Positions 14,060-23,835 of a DNA stretch of 46,880 nt are shown one piece after another. A model generated the notes under the pieces. It was not told the origin of the DNA, searched no databases, and saw only the letters and a list, made by a program, of their open reading frames with translations. How positions within the stretch are numbered: the first letter of the stretch is position 1; every line of letters starts with the position of its first letter. The DNA lies in the NCBI RefSeq assembly GCF_001194135.2, contig NC_068982.1:124649560-124696439 (forward strand), in the 5' to 3' direction. A program made the translations under genes and the position numbers. The stretch is from Octopus bimaculoides (lineage: Eukaryota).

Positions 14060-14340
14060 TTATCATCATCACTTAACATCCATTTTCCACGCTGGCATGG
14101 GTTGGATGGTTTGTCAGTATCTGGCAAGGCCAAGAGTCGCACCACATTCTATAGTCAGTTTTAGCATGGTTTCTACAACTAGATGCCCCTCCAAATGCCA
14201 ACCACTCTACAGAGAGTACTGGGTGCTTTTCAGGTGGCACCGTCACCAGTGCTTTTCACGTGACACCGACACCAGTGCTTTGTATGTGGAACCATCGCCA
14301 GTGCTTTTTAAATGGAACCAGCACTGACAATATCAGCAAG
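14060..14340 (-). mobile_element. SINE family 3 (GAT-tailed), 3' part
   Basis: catcacttaacatccattttccacgctggcatgggttgga... is the reverse complement of the family at 16370-16662. Confidence 0.85.
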
Positions 14341-14772
14341 TACCTTGCAAAATGAGATCCCCTCAACTGGGAGGTGGAGAAGTAGTTTTGAGGGGGGTGT
14401 AGAGTTGTGCCAGTTGAGAAGACAGATATAAGCTTTACTGTAGAGTAGATACGGTAATCCCTCATCATATTGCAGATTATTATTTAAGCTCACGTCGATT
14501 CCTCTGTGGTGTTGTTTTGCATTTATAATCAAAAATATATACAAATTATAGAAATGATAAAGACAAAATATGCAGTACAGTGTTACTTCGTGGATTTACA
14601 TCTATTGCAGGAGGGGGGGGGTTTCAAACGTAACACCCGCGATAGTCAAGGGATTACTGTAATGGATACCCCCATTAGAAAACAAAGGAAAGTGAGTTAG
14701 GAAATAATATGATGATGATAATATATATATATAGACTGCAATACTTTTATCATACATTTGCTTGATCAGGGT

Positions 14773-15150
14773 TGTTGTTGGTTGGTACTCCGTTGCTTAC
14801 GACTACGAGGGTTCCAGTTGATCCGATTAATGGAACAGCTTGCTCGTGAAATTAACGTGCAAGTGGCTGAGCACTCCACAGACACGTGTATCCTTAACGT
14901 AGTTCTCGGGGATATTCAGCGTGACAAGGCTGACCCCTTGAATTACAGGCACAACAGAAACAGGAAGTAAGAGTGAGAGAAAGTTGTGGTGAAAGAGTAC
15001 AGCAGGGTTCGCCACCATCCCCTGCTGGAGCCTCGTGGAGCTTTAGGTGTTTCGCTCAATAAACACTCACAACGCCTGGTCTGGGAATTGAAACCGCGAT
15101 CCTACGACCGCGAGTCCGCTGCCCTAACCACTGGGCCATTGCACCTCCAC
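14773..15150 (-). mobile_element. Full-length tRNA-derived SINE (family 4) with 10-bp TSD
   Basis: Minus-strand head gtggaggtgcaatggcccagtggttagggcagcggactcgcggtcgtaggatcgcggtttcaattccc carries A and B boxes. Tail (AAC)n. TSD tgatcagggt at 14763-14772 and 15153-15162. Confidence 0.92.
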
Positions 15151-15269
15151 TCTGATCAGGGTAAACTTGGACTAAACAGCAACAAAAAGAACAAAAAGAA
15201 AGAGCAGCCAAATCACACTATCTCAAAAAGAAAAGAACACATGAAACCATAGTCTCTGTTATACACATT

Positions 15270-15470
15270 TATGGATGGTCACAGGTGAAAGGCTTTCATC
15301 ATGCACACATACAATGGGCTTCTTCCAGTTTCTGTCCACCAAACTCATAAGGTTTTGGTCAGCCTGGGGCTATAGAAGATGCTTACCCAAGGTGCCACAA
15401 AATGGGATTAAACATGAGACCACATGGTTAGGAAGAAAGCTTCTTAACCACGACCACACCTGTGCCTACA
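15270..15470 (-). mobile_element. SINE family 1, degraded 5' half
   Basis: Homologous to the reverse complement of 46481-46640. Confidence 0.8.
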
Positions 15471-15477
15471 ACATATA

Positions 15478-15670
15478 CCATCATCATTTAACATCCATGT
15501 TCTATGCTCACATGGATTGGATGGTTTGATGGGATTCAGTGAGTTCGAGGACTGCATTTCACCCCAGAGTCTGCTTTGGCAAGGTTTCTATGGCTGGATG
15601 CCCTTCCTCATGTCAACCACTGAGTGTATGTACTGCATGGCTTTTTTCATGCCACAAACACTAGTGAGGT
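15478..15670 (-). mobile_element. SINE family 3 fragment
   Basis: ggcaaggtttctatggctggatgcccttcct motif with (CAT)n tail. Confidence 0.8.
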
Positions 15671-15779
15671 TGCCAATCAGCTTGTGTTTGTGTGTGTGTG
15701 TGTATGCATGTGTGTGTTTGTGTGATTAAATCTACAACCATTTGTATGAAAATGTAGTGAGCAGGATTATTATCAGACT

Positions 15780-15960
15780 ATGCTGCCAACAAATCACTTT
15801 GTGCTTTTGAAGACATGCGGAATAGGAGATCTCACTCTTGAGAAAACAAGTAAAGGTTAGAGGCAGGAAAGGCATCCAGCAGTTAAAACAATGCCTGAAA
15901 TAACATATGTCCAATTCATGAAAAACAGACATGAAACGAATGAACGGAGAAAATATATTC
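15780..15960 (+). mobile_element. SINE family 3-related fragment
   Basis: ggcaggaaaggcatccagcagttaaaac motif. Confidence 0.6.
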
Positions 15961-16369
15961 AGATGCAACAGATCCAAATGAACTAGCAGAATTTTTTAAA
16001 ATATGGAGAAGAATAAAAGTGTGTGTGTGTGTGTGTGCAAATTAGTGAACAATTGTGTTTACAACAGAAGAAAATCACACTTAACGCTTTCTTAAAGGTA
16101 CTTAAATGTTGAGTTTTGGAATAGCTGTCCCTTGCAGGACCATATTTGACAGGAAAGTGGAAAGATACAGAAGTGGGGTGCAAAAAAAGGCATGTAATGA
16201 AATAATTTTAAATATTAGAGAATCTAACTGCAAGAAAACGAGAAATGCAAGCATGTTCCTTATGCTTTTGACGAACTTAATAAAACAGAGGAAGAGGAAA
16301 CTCTTGGTAGATTACAGAGAAAACATACTCAGTCTCCTTATCCGCGGCATAGAATATCTATCTATAAAT

Positions 16370-16632
16370 CTAATCTATTGAGACCTTTAGCGATATGCCG
16401 TGCTTGAGAAAAGTTGTCAAACCAAATGAAATCATAGTCGTAGCCAATGCTGGTGTCGTGTAACTGGCACCTGCGCCGGTGGCATGTAAAAAGCACCCAT
16501 AATGCTCTTGGAGTAGTTGGCGCTAGGAAGGGCATCCAGCCGTAGAAATCATGCTAAATCAGACTGGAATTCGGTGCAGCTCTCCAACTTACCAGTTTCA
16601 GTGAAACCGCCAGCTTGGAAAGCAGACGCTAA

Positions 16633-16662
<30 letters not shown>
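16370..16662 (+). mobile_element. SINE family 3 with (GAT)n tail
   Basis: ggaagggcatccagccgtagaaa...cagactgga...gacgctaaa followed by (tga)n. Confidence 0.88.
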
Positions 16663-16664
<2 letters not shown>

Positions 16665-17249
16665 ATATATATATATACATATATATATANNNNNNNNNNN
16701 NNNNNNNNNNNNNNNNNNNNNNNNNNNNNNNNNNNNNNNNNNNNNNNNNNNNNNNNNNNNNNNNNNNNNNNNNNNNNNNNNNNNNNNNNNNNNNNNNNNN
16801 NNNNNNNNNNNNNNNNNNNNNNNNNNNNNNNNNNNNNNNNNNNNNNNNNNNNNNNNNNNNNNNNNNNNNNNNNNNNNNNNNNNNNNNNNNNNNNNNNNNN
16901 NNNNNNNNNNNNNNNNNNNNNNNNNNNNNNNNNNNNNNNNNNNNNNNNNNNNNNNNNNNNNNNNNNNNNNNNNNNNNNNNNNNNNNNNNNNNNNNNNNNN
17001 NNNNNNNNNNNNNNNNNNNNNNNNNNNNNNNNNNNNNNNNNNNNNNNNNNNNNNNNNNNNNNNNNNNNNNNNNNNNNNNNNNNNNNNNNNNNNNNNNNNN
17101 NNNNNNNNNNNNNNNNNNNNNNNNNNNNNNNNNNNNNNNNNNNNNNNNNNNNNNNNNNNNNNNNNNNNNNNNNNNNNNNNNNNNNNNNNNNNNNNNNNNN
17201 NNNNNNNNNNNNNNNNNNNNNNNNNNNNNNNNNNNAAACAATATTATTA

Positions 17250-17415
17250 GCAGCACTTCTTTCGGTTTTACGCTCCGAGTCCAAATTCTGCCGAGGTCGA
17301 CTTTGCCTTTCATCCTTTCCGGGTCGATAAAAGTAAGTACCAGTCGAGCACTGGAATCAGTTAGCCTCCTCCCCCGAAATTTCAGGCCTAGTAGCTATAG
17401 TAGAAAGAATTATTA
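17250..17415 (+). mobile_element. SINE family 2
   Basis: aaattctgccgaggtcgactttgccttt...gggtcgataaaagtaagtaccag. Confidence 0.88.
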
Positions 17416-18063
17416 TTGTTGTTGGTGGTGGTGCTATTACCATTTCAATTATTAAAAAAAACAACAGTTTGATTCAATTTAAATTAAGAGCAGAACACAT
17501 CAGTGGATAATTCTCAGTGCAGTTTAGAAGGGTAACTTCACTGTTCGGGAGTTCGAATGCTGCCTTGGATAGACTTTGTTTCACTCCTTACCACAGGATC
17601 GGAGCTGTTCATTAGAGGGCAAGACGATCGACTACTAAATCTTGCATTTTTAAAAAATGTTATCACAATATATGTATATTTGATAAAAATAAACTGTCAA
17701 TATGTTTAAGCTACCAACAAAATGTCTAAGAGATCGTGCAATTTGAACAGTCTAACGTGTTATTTAGCACAAACGTTAGAATAATTTTAAAATGTCGATA
17801 AAAAGTTTTATTACATACACATAAATATACATACGTTGATATATTTTTATATATACACACACACACACAGGTATAAATATTCTTATACTGCTCCAACCAC
17901 TCAAAAACAGATTGGCAGTTTGATTAATGGGAACAAAGTTAACATTGTGATTATAACTCGTAGTGAATTATTCGAGCTGCATTTATAATGCATGACTATG
18001 AATGCTAAATCACAATAATGTGTTAGATTGGGCACAAGGCCCCATACCATATTTATATGGGCA

Positions 18064-18490
18064 GGGCACGTCAATTAACTCAACCCCAGTGCTTGATTAG
18101 TGCTCACATCTCCCTATCAATCGTCATTTTTAATTGTAATATTATTGGTGGTACATTAATAATATATCACTACCGATGTTAAATCACAGTGATGATGTTG
18201 TCTGAACCAGGTAGAAGACCCACAATATGTATAGCGAGTAGGGCACATTAATTAAGTCGACCCAGAAGACCCACAACATGTATAGCGGGTAGGGCACGTC
18301 AATTAACTCAACCCCAGTGCTTGATTAGTGCTCATATCTCCCTATCAATCGTCATTTTTAATTGTAATATTATTGGTGGTACATTAATAATATATCACTA
18401 TCGATGTTAAATCACAGTGATGAGGTTGTCTGAACCCGGTAGAAGACCCACAACATGTATAGCGGGTAGGGCACATCAATTAAGTGGACC
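18064..18490. repeat. 228-bp tandem duplication with a nested sub-repeat of about 51 bp
   Basis: gggcacgtcaattaactcaaccccagtgcttgattagtgctca starts at 18064 and 18292. agaagacccacaa(c/t)atgtatagcg(g/a)gtagggcac occurs three times. Confidence 0.95.
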
Positions 18491-18959
18491 CTAGTACTTG
18501 ACTGGTACTTCCTTTATCCATCCCCGGGATCGATACAACAAACACCAGTTATGTGTCGTCATATAGGCATTCAATCTAAGATCGTGCCAATGTTTAGCTA
18601 TCACCAATTATTGCTATGGTTATTATTTGTAATGAAATAATATCATTCGTGCCATATATAGTATTATTAATTACTAACATTTTTATGGAGACGACGAAAA
18701 GGTCTTTTGTGTTTTCTTTTCCACCAAATCTTAAAAAATGTCTTTATTTATTTTTTTTTTTTTTGAAAGAAAATATGCAGAATAAAAGGTGTTTTCCTTT
18801 TTCAATTCAAAGAGGAAAAATATTTAATAACGTAAAGATAATATAATTTAATATATGACTTACATGGTTTGTATGTGTCCAAACCGTCAACCAGAGACAG
18901 ACACGGGTGAGGAACGGAATGACACAAGATATAATCTCGGACCGACGAGATTATGTAAA

Positions 18960-19714
18960 TCAGTTCTTCTTCATCCTTCCCCATCTTACCCTCTTTTCTG
19001 CCTCTCTCTCTCTTCTTTTCTAAATTTTCAATTACTTCTTACCCCTCTCTCACATGTTACATCGTTTTCTATTCTCTCTCTCTCTCTCTCTGTTTTCCTC
19101 TTTTCTATCTTCTTACCTCCTCCCTTACCTCTCTCTCTCTCTGTTTTCGTCTTTTTTATCTTCTTACTTCTCCCTTACCTCTCTCTCTCTTTCTCTTCTA
19201 ATTTTTGTTTTTGCAGTTCCTCATCATCTCCCTCCCGTTCTATCCTGCCTTTTTGTCTTTTCTATTTATCCCTTCTCCTTATTCCAGCTATCTTTTACTC
19301 TTTCCCTCCCACTTCTCTTCCCTTCCTTACACTATTTCTTCTCTATCTACCTACTCAATTCTCTCACGTAATTCTTACTCTCTTCCCTCCGTTCCTCCTC
19401 CTTCTCCTTTACATTGTCATTTTTCTCTTTAATTCGTTTCCGTCTCTATTTTGTCACTCTCTCCTGTTATTTTCAATCTCTCCTTGCGGTTATTTGTAAT
19501 TATTCTTGTTCTTTTTCGCTTCCTTCTTCCCTCTCTTTCACTTCTCTCTTTGACACGCTTTCTTTCACTCATTTTGGAAATACCCGCAATCCCTCCTGTA
19601 TTGTGCTTATATTTTGGATCTTTTGATTTGTACCTGTTTCTCGTCCTATTAGTTTTTCTTTTTTATTTTCTGTTAATTCAGTTTTCTACTCTTTCTCCCG
19701 TTTCCTATGCCCTT

Positions 19715-19751
<37 letters not shown>

Positions 19752-20090
19752 ACCTCTTTTCTCTAGCACTTTGTCCTCTTTCTCTCCCATTCCTTTTATA
19801 TCTCATATCCTCTTTCATATTATACTTTTTCTTGTCTGTCTTTTATTATAATATGATTTTATTTCCTGTCTACCTCTCTATTTCCATTTTCTTTATTGTT
19901 AATCTTTGTCTGATCAAAATTTCATGCCCTCTAATTTGCATTTAATATTCTTTCCCTTTCGATTTTTCTCTCTTTTCAGTCTTTTTTTTTTTTACTCCTT
20001 TCCTCGGCTCTTCTTAGATATCTCTTCCTTGTTCAAACCACCTGTCGATCACACCTGTTCTCTTTCCATTTTAGGATCTTTTCAGTTTTA
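18960..20090. repeat. Pyrimidine-rich low-complexity tract of about 1.1 kb
   Basis: Strong C/T bias on the + strand, with a duplication of about 55 bp at 19075-19195. Confidence 0.9.
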
Positions 20091-20450
20091 GCTAATGCTT
20101 TCAACTTTAATAGAAGTTTCTGCATACAGATGTAGCACATTTCACGCCAAGTACAAAAACTGTAACCATTTTTTTTTCGGGGTGGGGGAGAAATTATCAA
20201 AAAAAGCCATGAACCTTTAAAGACTGGATATTTTTTTTTTTTTTTTTTGATAGGTGGGGTGAATTTTAGCTTATGACATTTATCCCATCTCAGCAGACGA
20301 TGTTATTTGTATATGTTCCCATAGCAAGCAACTGAAATCATCGTCGGGTTAGGTTTAGAATAAGGGTTAAGGTTAGGGTTTAGCATTAGGTGTTAGGGTT
20401 TGAGTTATTGCATTGCAGAATTTCATGAAATATTTTCATCTTCAACTCAC

Positions 20451-20690
20451 CCTTAGATCACATCCAACAAACAATGGCAGCATGAGGCCTGAGGGAACCC
20501 AGGTTTTAGTTAGGTTCTCAACATCCTTGCCTTGACTAGCAAAATTTTATCTGTACACACATACCACATTCATTTTATGTTTGTGATTTTACTTTTTGTA
20601 GAAATCCTGCCTTTTCATGTGTGTTTCCATGACAAAGCTAGTTAATTTGTCCTGTAGTGTTTGTTCTTCATCAGTTTGTTAAACAGGAAT
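20451..20690 (-). other. Candidate exon (240 nt, possibly split by a 57-nt intron at 20536-20592) of an unidentified minus-strand transcript
   Basis: Acceptor gtggtatttatctatag| at 20690 and strong donor aagg|gtgagt at 20451. Reads IPV*QTDEEQTLQDKLTSFVMETHMKRQDFYK, then QGKDVENLTKTWVPSGLMLPLFVGCDLR if the inner intron is spliced. Confidence 0.5.
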
Positions 20691-20973
20691 CTATAGATAA
20701 ATACCACAAATAATATCTTCCTCAAATTTTCACATTGTTCCTTTTCTTTCTATTATCTTAGGTAGCATTTATTTAGTTTTTACCATAGCAGTTAGTTATC
20801 TATTCCTCTCAAGCTATTCACAAGTTAGCAAGGTTGTGAGCATAGACAAATAAACACACTAAAGTTTGAGTTTCCAAATACTTTATTAACCTAAATCATT
20901 ATGTTTGCAAATATACATCCAATAAATTAATGGGTTAAACATTTCAGTTGGGAATTTTCTGTATATAACTTAC

Positions 20974-21061
20974 TGGATTAAGTAATGAAGGTAGTACATG
21001 GAAAGTAATCACTGCATTGATATGTGTTACTGGACACCACGCATTAAGTTTGTGTCTTTTC
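20974..21061 (-). CDS. Candidate 88-nt exon, open frame KRHKLNAWCPVTHINAVITFHVLPSLLNP
   Basis: Acceptor gcttatattgttgtcag|G and donor cca|gtaagt. Phase 2 start, phase 0 end, compatible with both neighbouring candidate exons. Confidence 0.55.
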
Positions 21062-21147
21062 CTGACAACAATATAAGCATGTTACTTAAAAATGAAAGAG
21101 AGAGAGGCAACAACTTGTTAAGACAAGCATCATAGATTCCCCTAGAC

Positions 21148-21466
21148 CAGTGTTACTCAATGTGGTGGTCCGCAAGCCATCAGCTGCCAGTACGTTTCCA
21201 GAAATGCCATCAGCTTTGAGTTTCCAGAAAAGAAACATTATTTAAACAAAAACAATATGAGAGATCTATAAAAAGCTTATATAATGTTGTATTATTTGTT
21301 TACAAAATAAATATAAGATTAAAAAATTGTCAACTTTTATTATATTCATTATATATATTATATCTGGTATAAATTAGTATTATTAAGAAATATTACCAGT
21401 CCCTGGCACACTGAGAAAAAAAAAAAAACTGCCTGTATGCCACATCAGTTAGTTTGAGAAGCACTG
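21148..21466. mobile_element. hAT-type MITE with 8-bp TSD
   Basis: TIRs cagtgttactcaa and ttgagaagcactg. TSD ccctagac at 21140-21147 and 21467-21474. Confidence 0.9.
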
Positions 21467-21894
21467 CCCTAGACTGCTTGGCATCTCTCTAGTTAAGTTG
21501 AATTTGCCAGTCTTTTTATAGCTGTTAACCATACTTTTCGAACCTTGGACCAAACTGTTTGACAGCAAAAATCTCATTTACTTCATTTAAAGTTTGTCAC
21601 CTCAGTCATAATAAGTCAGCTATGCACTGATTGGACAAGCCACAAGTCATATGCATGTAGGTGTTAATACCTTTTATGGAAATATATTAGTTTGTGGTTC
21701 TAGACTGGGTAAACTTGAGAGCTGTGGTTCAAATCTTTGCCAGGGTCTTGCTACAAGTTAATCTGTATTTCTGCGTTCCATAGTTTTTCCATATATGCCA
21801 AGTTTCCTTATCTTGACTGTTATAAGCAAAATCTTTCAGCCATTGTACCCTCTAACCTTCTTCAGGCATCTGCTATATTTGATAATATCATAAT

Positions 21895-22130
21895 TATTGT
21901 TTAATGTCCATTTCCCATGCTGGCAGGAGTTGGGTGGTTTGATAGGAGCTGACCAGCAGGAGAGTTATCCAGACACCAATTGTCTATGTTGACATGGTTT
22001 CTCTGGCTGGATGTCCTTCCTAACACCAACCACTTTACAGAATGTGTTGGGTACTTCTTACATGTCACTGGTACAGGTGATTTTTATGTAGCACTGGCAC
22101 AAGTGCATTTTATGTGGCACCAGCACTCTT
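21895..22130 (-). mobile_element. SINE family 3 fragment
   Basis: tttaatgtccatttcccatgctggca...ggctggatgtccttcctaacaccaacc. Confidence 0.8.
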
Positions 22131-22339
22131 GAAATATTCAAGCACAAGGTAGCATGTTCTCATTCCATTGACTAACTCTAGAAATTTCTAGTATTGATTA
22201 TTCTGGTACCTATGACACCACTTGGTCATTCCACTAAAATCAGAATACATGAAGCTTTACTGACTCATGGAATGAACTCAAGCCACTTATTAGACTGCAG
22301 CAGTTGACTCCCTTAGTTGATAGAAATTAGAAGCTTTAA

Positions 22340-22912
22340 CCCTTTAGTGTTCATATTATTCTGTCAAATGTAATGCTTATTATTACCTCCACCTTAGTGA
22401 AGGCGGAGGTATTGTTTTCAGTTGTGTTTGTTTGTTTGTCCGTGGACAAGATATCTCAAGAACTGCCAGATAGATTCAGATGAAACTTTCAGGGATGTTT
22501 GGCCTCCTGACTGGCACAAACTGATTAGATTTTGAGATCGATCCAGCACCAGACAAGGATTCTGGATTATTTTGCCTGTCTTTTTAAGAGCGGTCAGGTT
22601 CATTTTTAGTATTCTCATTTGTGAGAGCAGTTGAGTTTATATCCAGATATTCTCATTTTAAAAATCATCTCTGGCTAATCACTGAGAGGGCATTGGTGTT
22701 GCCTTGGTGGAAGTTTGTGCTCTCTGAGTGCTCTTATTCATATTGTTTTGAATTAATCATTCATTATCTCATACCTTCAAAATTTCAATGATGTGATTAC
22801 TTATTTTTAGAATGACATTGCAGTTTTGGTGTGAGAGGCTGGATTTGGTTTGTTTGAACATAAAACAAGTAGAATATTTGGGCCAGATATGGCTTGTCTA
22901 TACGCTAAAGGG
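22340..22912. mobile_element. piggyBac-type MITE (TTAA TSD) interrupted by a nested element
   Basis: ttaa|ccctttagtgt...acgctaaaggg|ttaa, with TTAA at 22336-22339 and 22913-22916. Confidence 0.88.
22380..22737 (+). mobile_element. Helentron-associated non-autonomous element (HINE/DINE-1-like), nested in the piggyBac MITE
   Basis: 5' ttattacctccacc...aggcggaggt subterminal inverted repeat, (GTTT)n microsatellite, 3' ggtggaagt..gctctctgagtgc hairpin, T-rich insertion site. Confidence 0.7.
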
Positions 22913-23022
22913 TTAAATCTCAGTTTTTTAGTTATGTGCTTGGCTTACTGTTCCCTCTTTATGACATAAATTAAGACTAGTTTATCTTTCTCGTATTTTA
23001 TTCTCCATTAAACAAAACATAC

Positions 23023-23100
23023 ATGTGCTGCAAATCAGGGTAGTGCTTCATGGCAAGGCAAAATCATAAAAGCACAACAAACAGGGAGAACCACTTAGTT
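23023..23100 (-). CDS. Candidate 78-nt exon containing a start codon (gccATG at 23051-23049; MKHYPDLQH)
   Basis: Acceptor ctgtaatctctgttatag| and donor cat|gtatgt. An in-frame TGA lies upstream of the ATG, as expected for a 5' UTR. The phase 2 end joins exon 20974-21061. Confidence 0.5.
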
Positions 23101-23261
23101 CTATAACAGAGATTACAGTTCATTTTATTAATTAAAGGTTCTTGTATGACATTCATATTTATGCTCGGTATTCTGAGAAGGATATCAGGGTTCAGTTTTA
23201 GCACTGATTCTTTCAATTATCTTATCTGCTATTGTTTTTTTTCCCCCAACAATTATCTTAA

Positions 23262-23482
23262 TCCTTTAGTATTCAAACCAGCCATATCAACCTCAAATAT
23301 TCTATTGATTTTAATTTCAAAGTGACCAGATCAGGCCTCTCACAACTACCTTACAATGTCATTCCAAATATAAACCATCATATCATTGAAATTTCAAAAC
23401 TACAAGATAATGTATGATAAATTCAAAACAATGTGAATAATTAAGCATTCCATATGATAGAGTAAATCTGAATGCTAAAGAG
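23262..23482. mobile_element. Second piggyBac-type MITE, inverted relative to 22340-22912
   Basis: ttaa|tcctttagtatt...gaatgctaaagag|ttat. Segment 23262-23375 aligns to the reverse complement of 22800-22912. Confidence 0.8.
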
Positions 23483-23835
23483 TTATAGAAGGTCTGAGAG
23501 TACCATAACCGAAATGTTCTAAGTACAAAAATCAATAAGTCACTATTCTGAAAATTCCCCCAATTCTTTTTTGCTGCATATAAGAAGCTGAGATGAAATG
23601 TGTTTACATTCTTATTTATCTCACAACCAGATTTTCTATAACTTAAAATTATTTCAGTCCTTCTGATTAATGCTGTGTTATGCACAAAATACATTGATTA
23701 ATTTAATGACAAGCTGTCAAAAGCTTATGTATGTGAATTAGCTATGCACTACAGTGATAGCTTAATTTATTATAACTTTATATAAAAGATGACTATGAAG
23801 AAGAAGAAAACAAGGTATGTCCTGTTTGAGGAGTA

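Noticed and set aside
14773-15150. tRNA gene calls from A/B boxes here and at about 28780, 35700, 41800 and 46490
   Set aside because: These are SINE heads followed by family-specific bodies and tails and lack a complete cloverleaf.
18855-19499. 214-aa hydrophobic ORF
   Set aside because: It is the translation of the CT-rich low-complexity tract (L/S/F/P bias), which lacks stop codons by composition.
20720-20870. Possible intronic H/ACA snoRNA on the minus strand
   Set aside because: H-box and ACA trinucleotides are present but the two required hairpins are poorly formed; chance is likely in AT-rich DNA.
23062-23068. In-frame TGA in exon 23023-23100 as selenocysteine
   Set aside because: No SECIS or selenoprotein motif was seen. 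It is more simply a 5' UTR stop upstream of the ATG.
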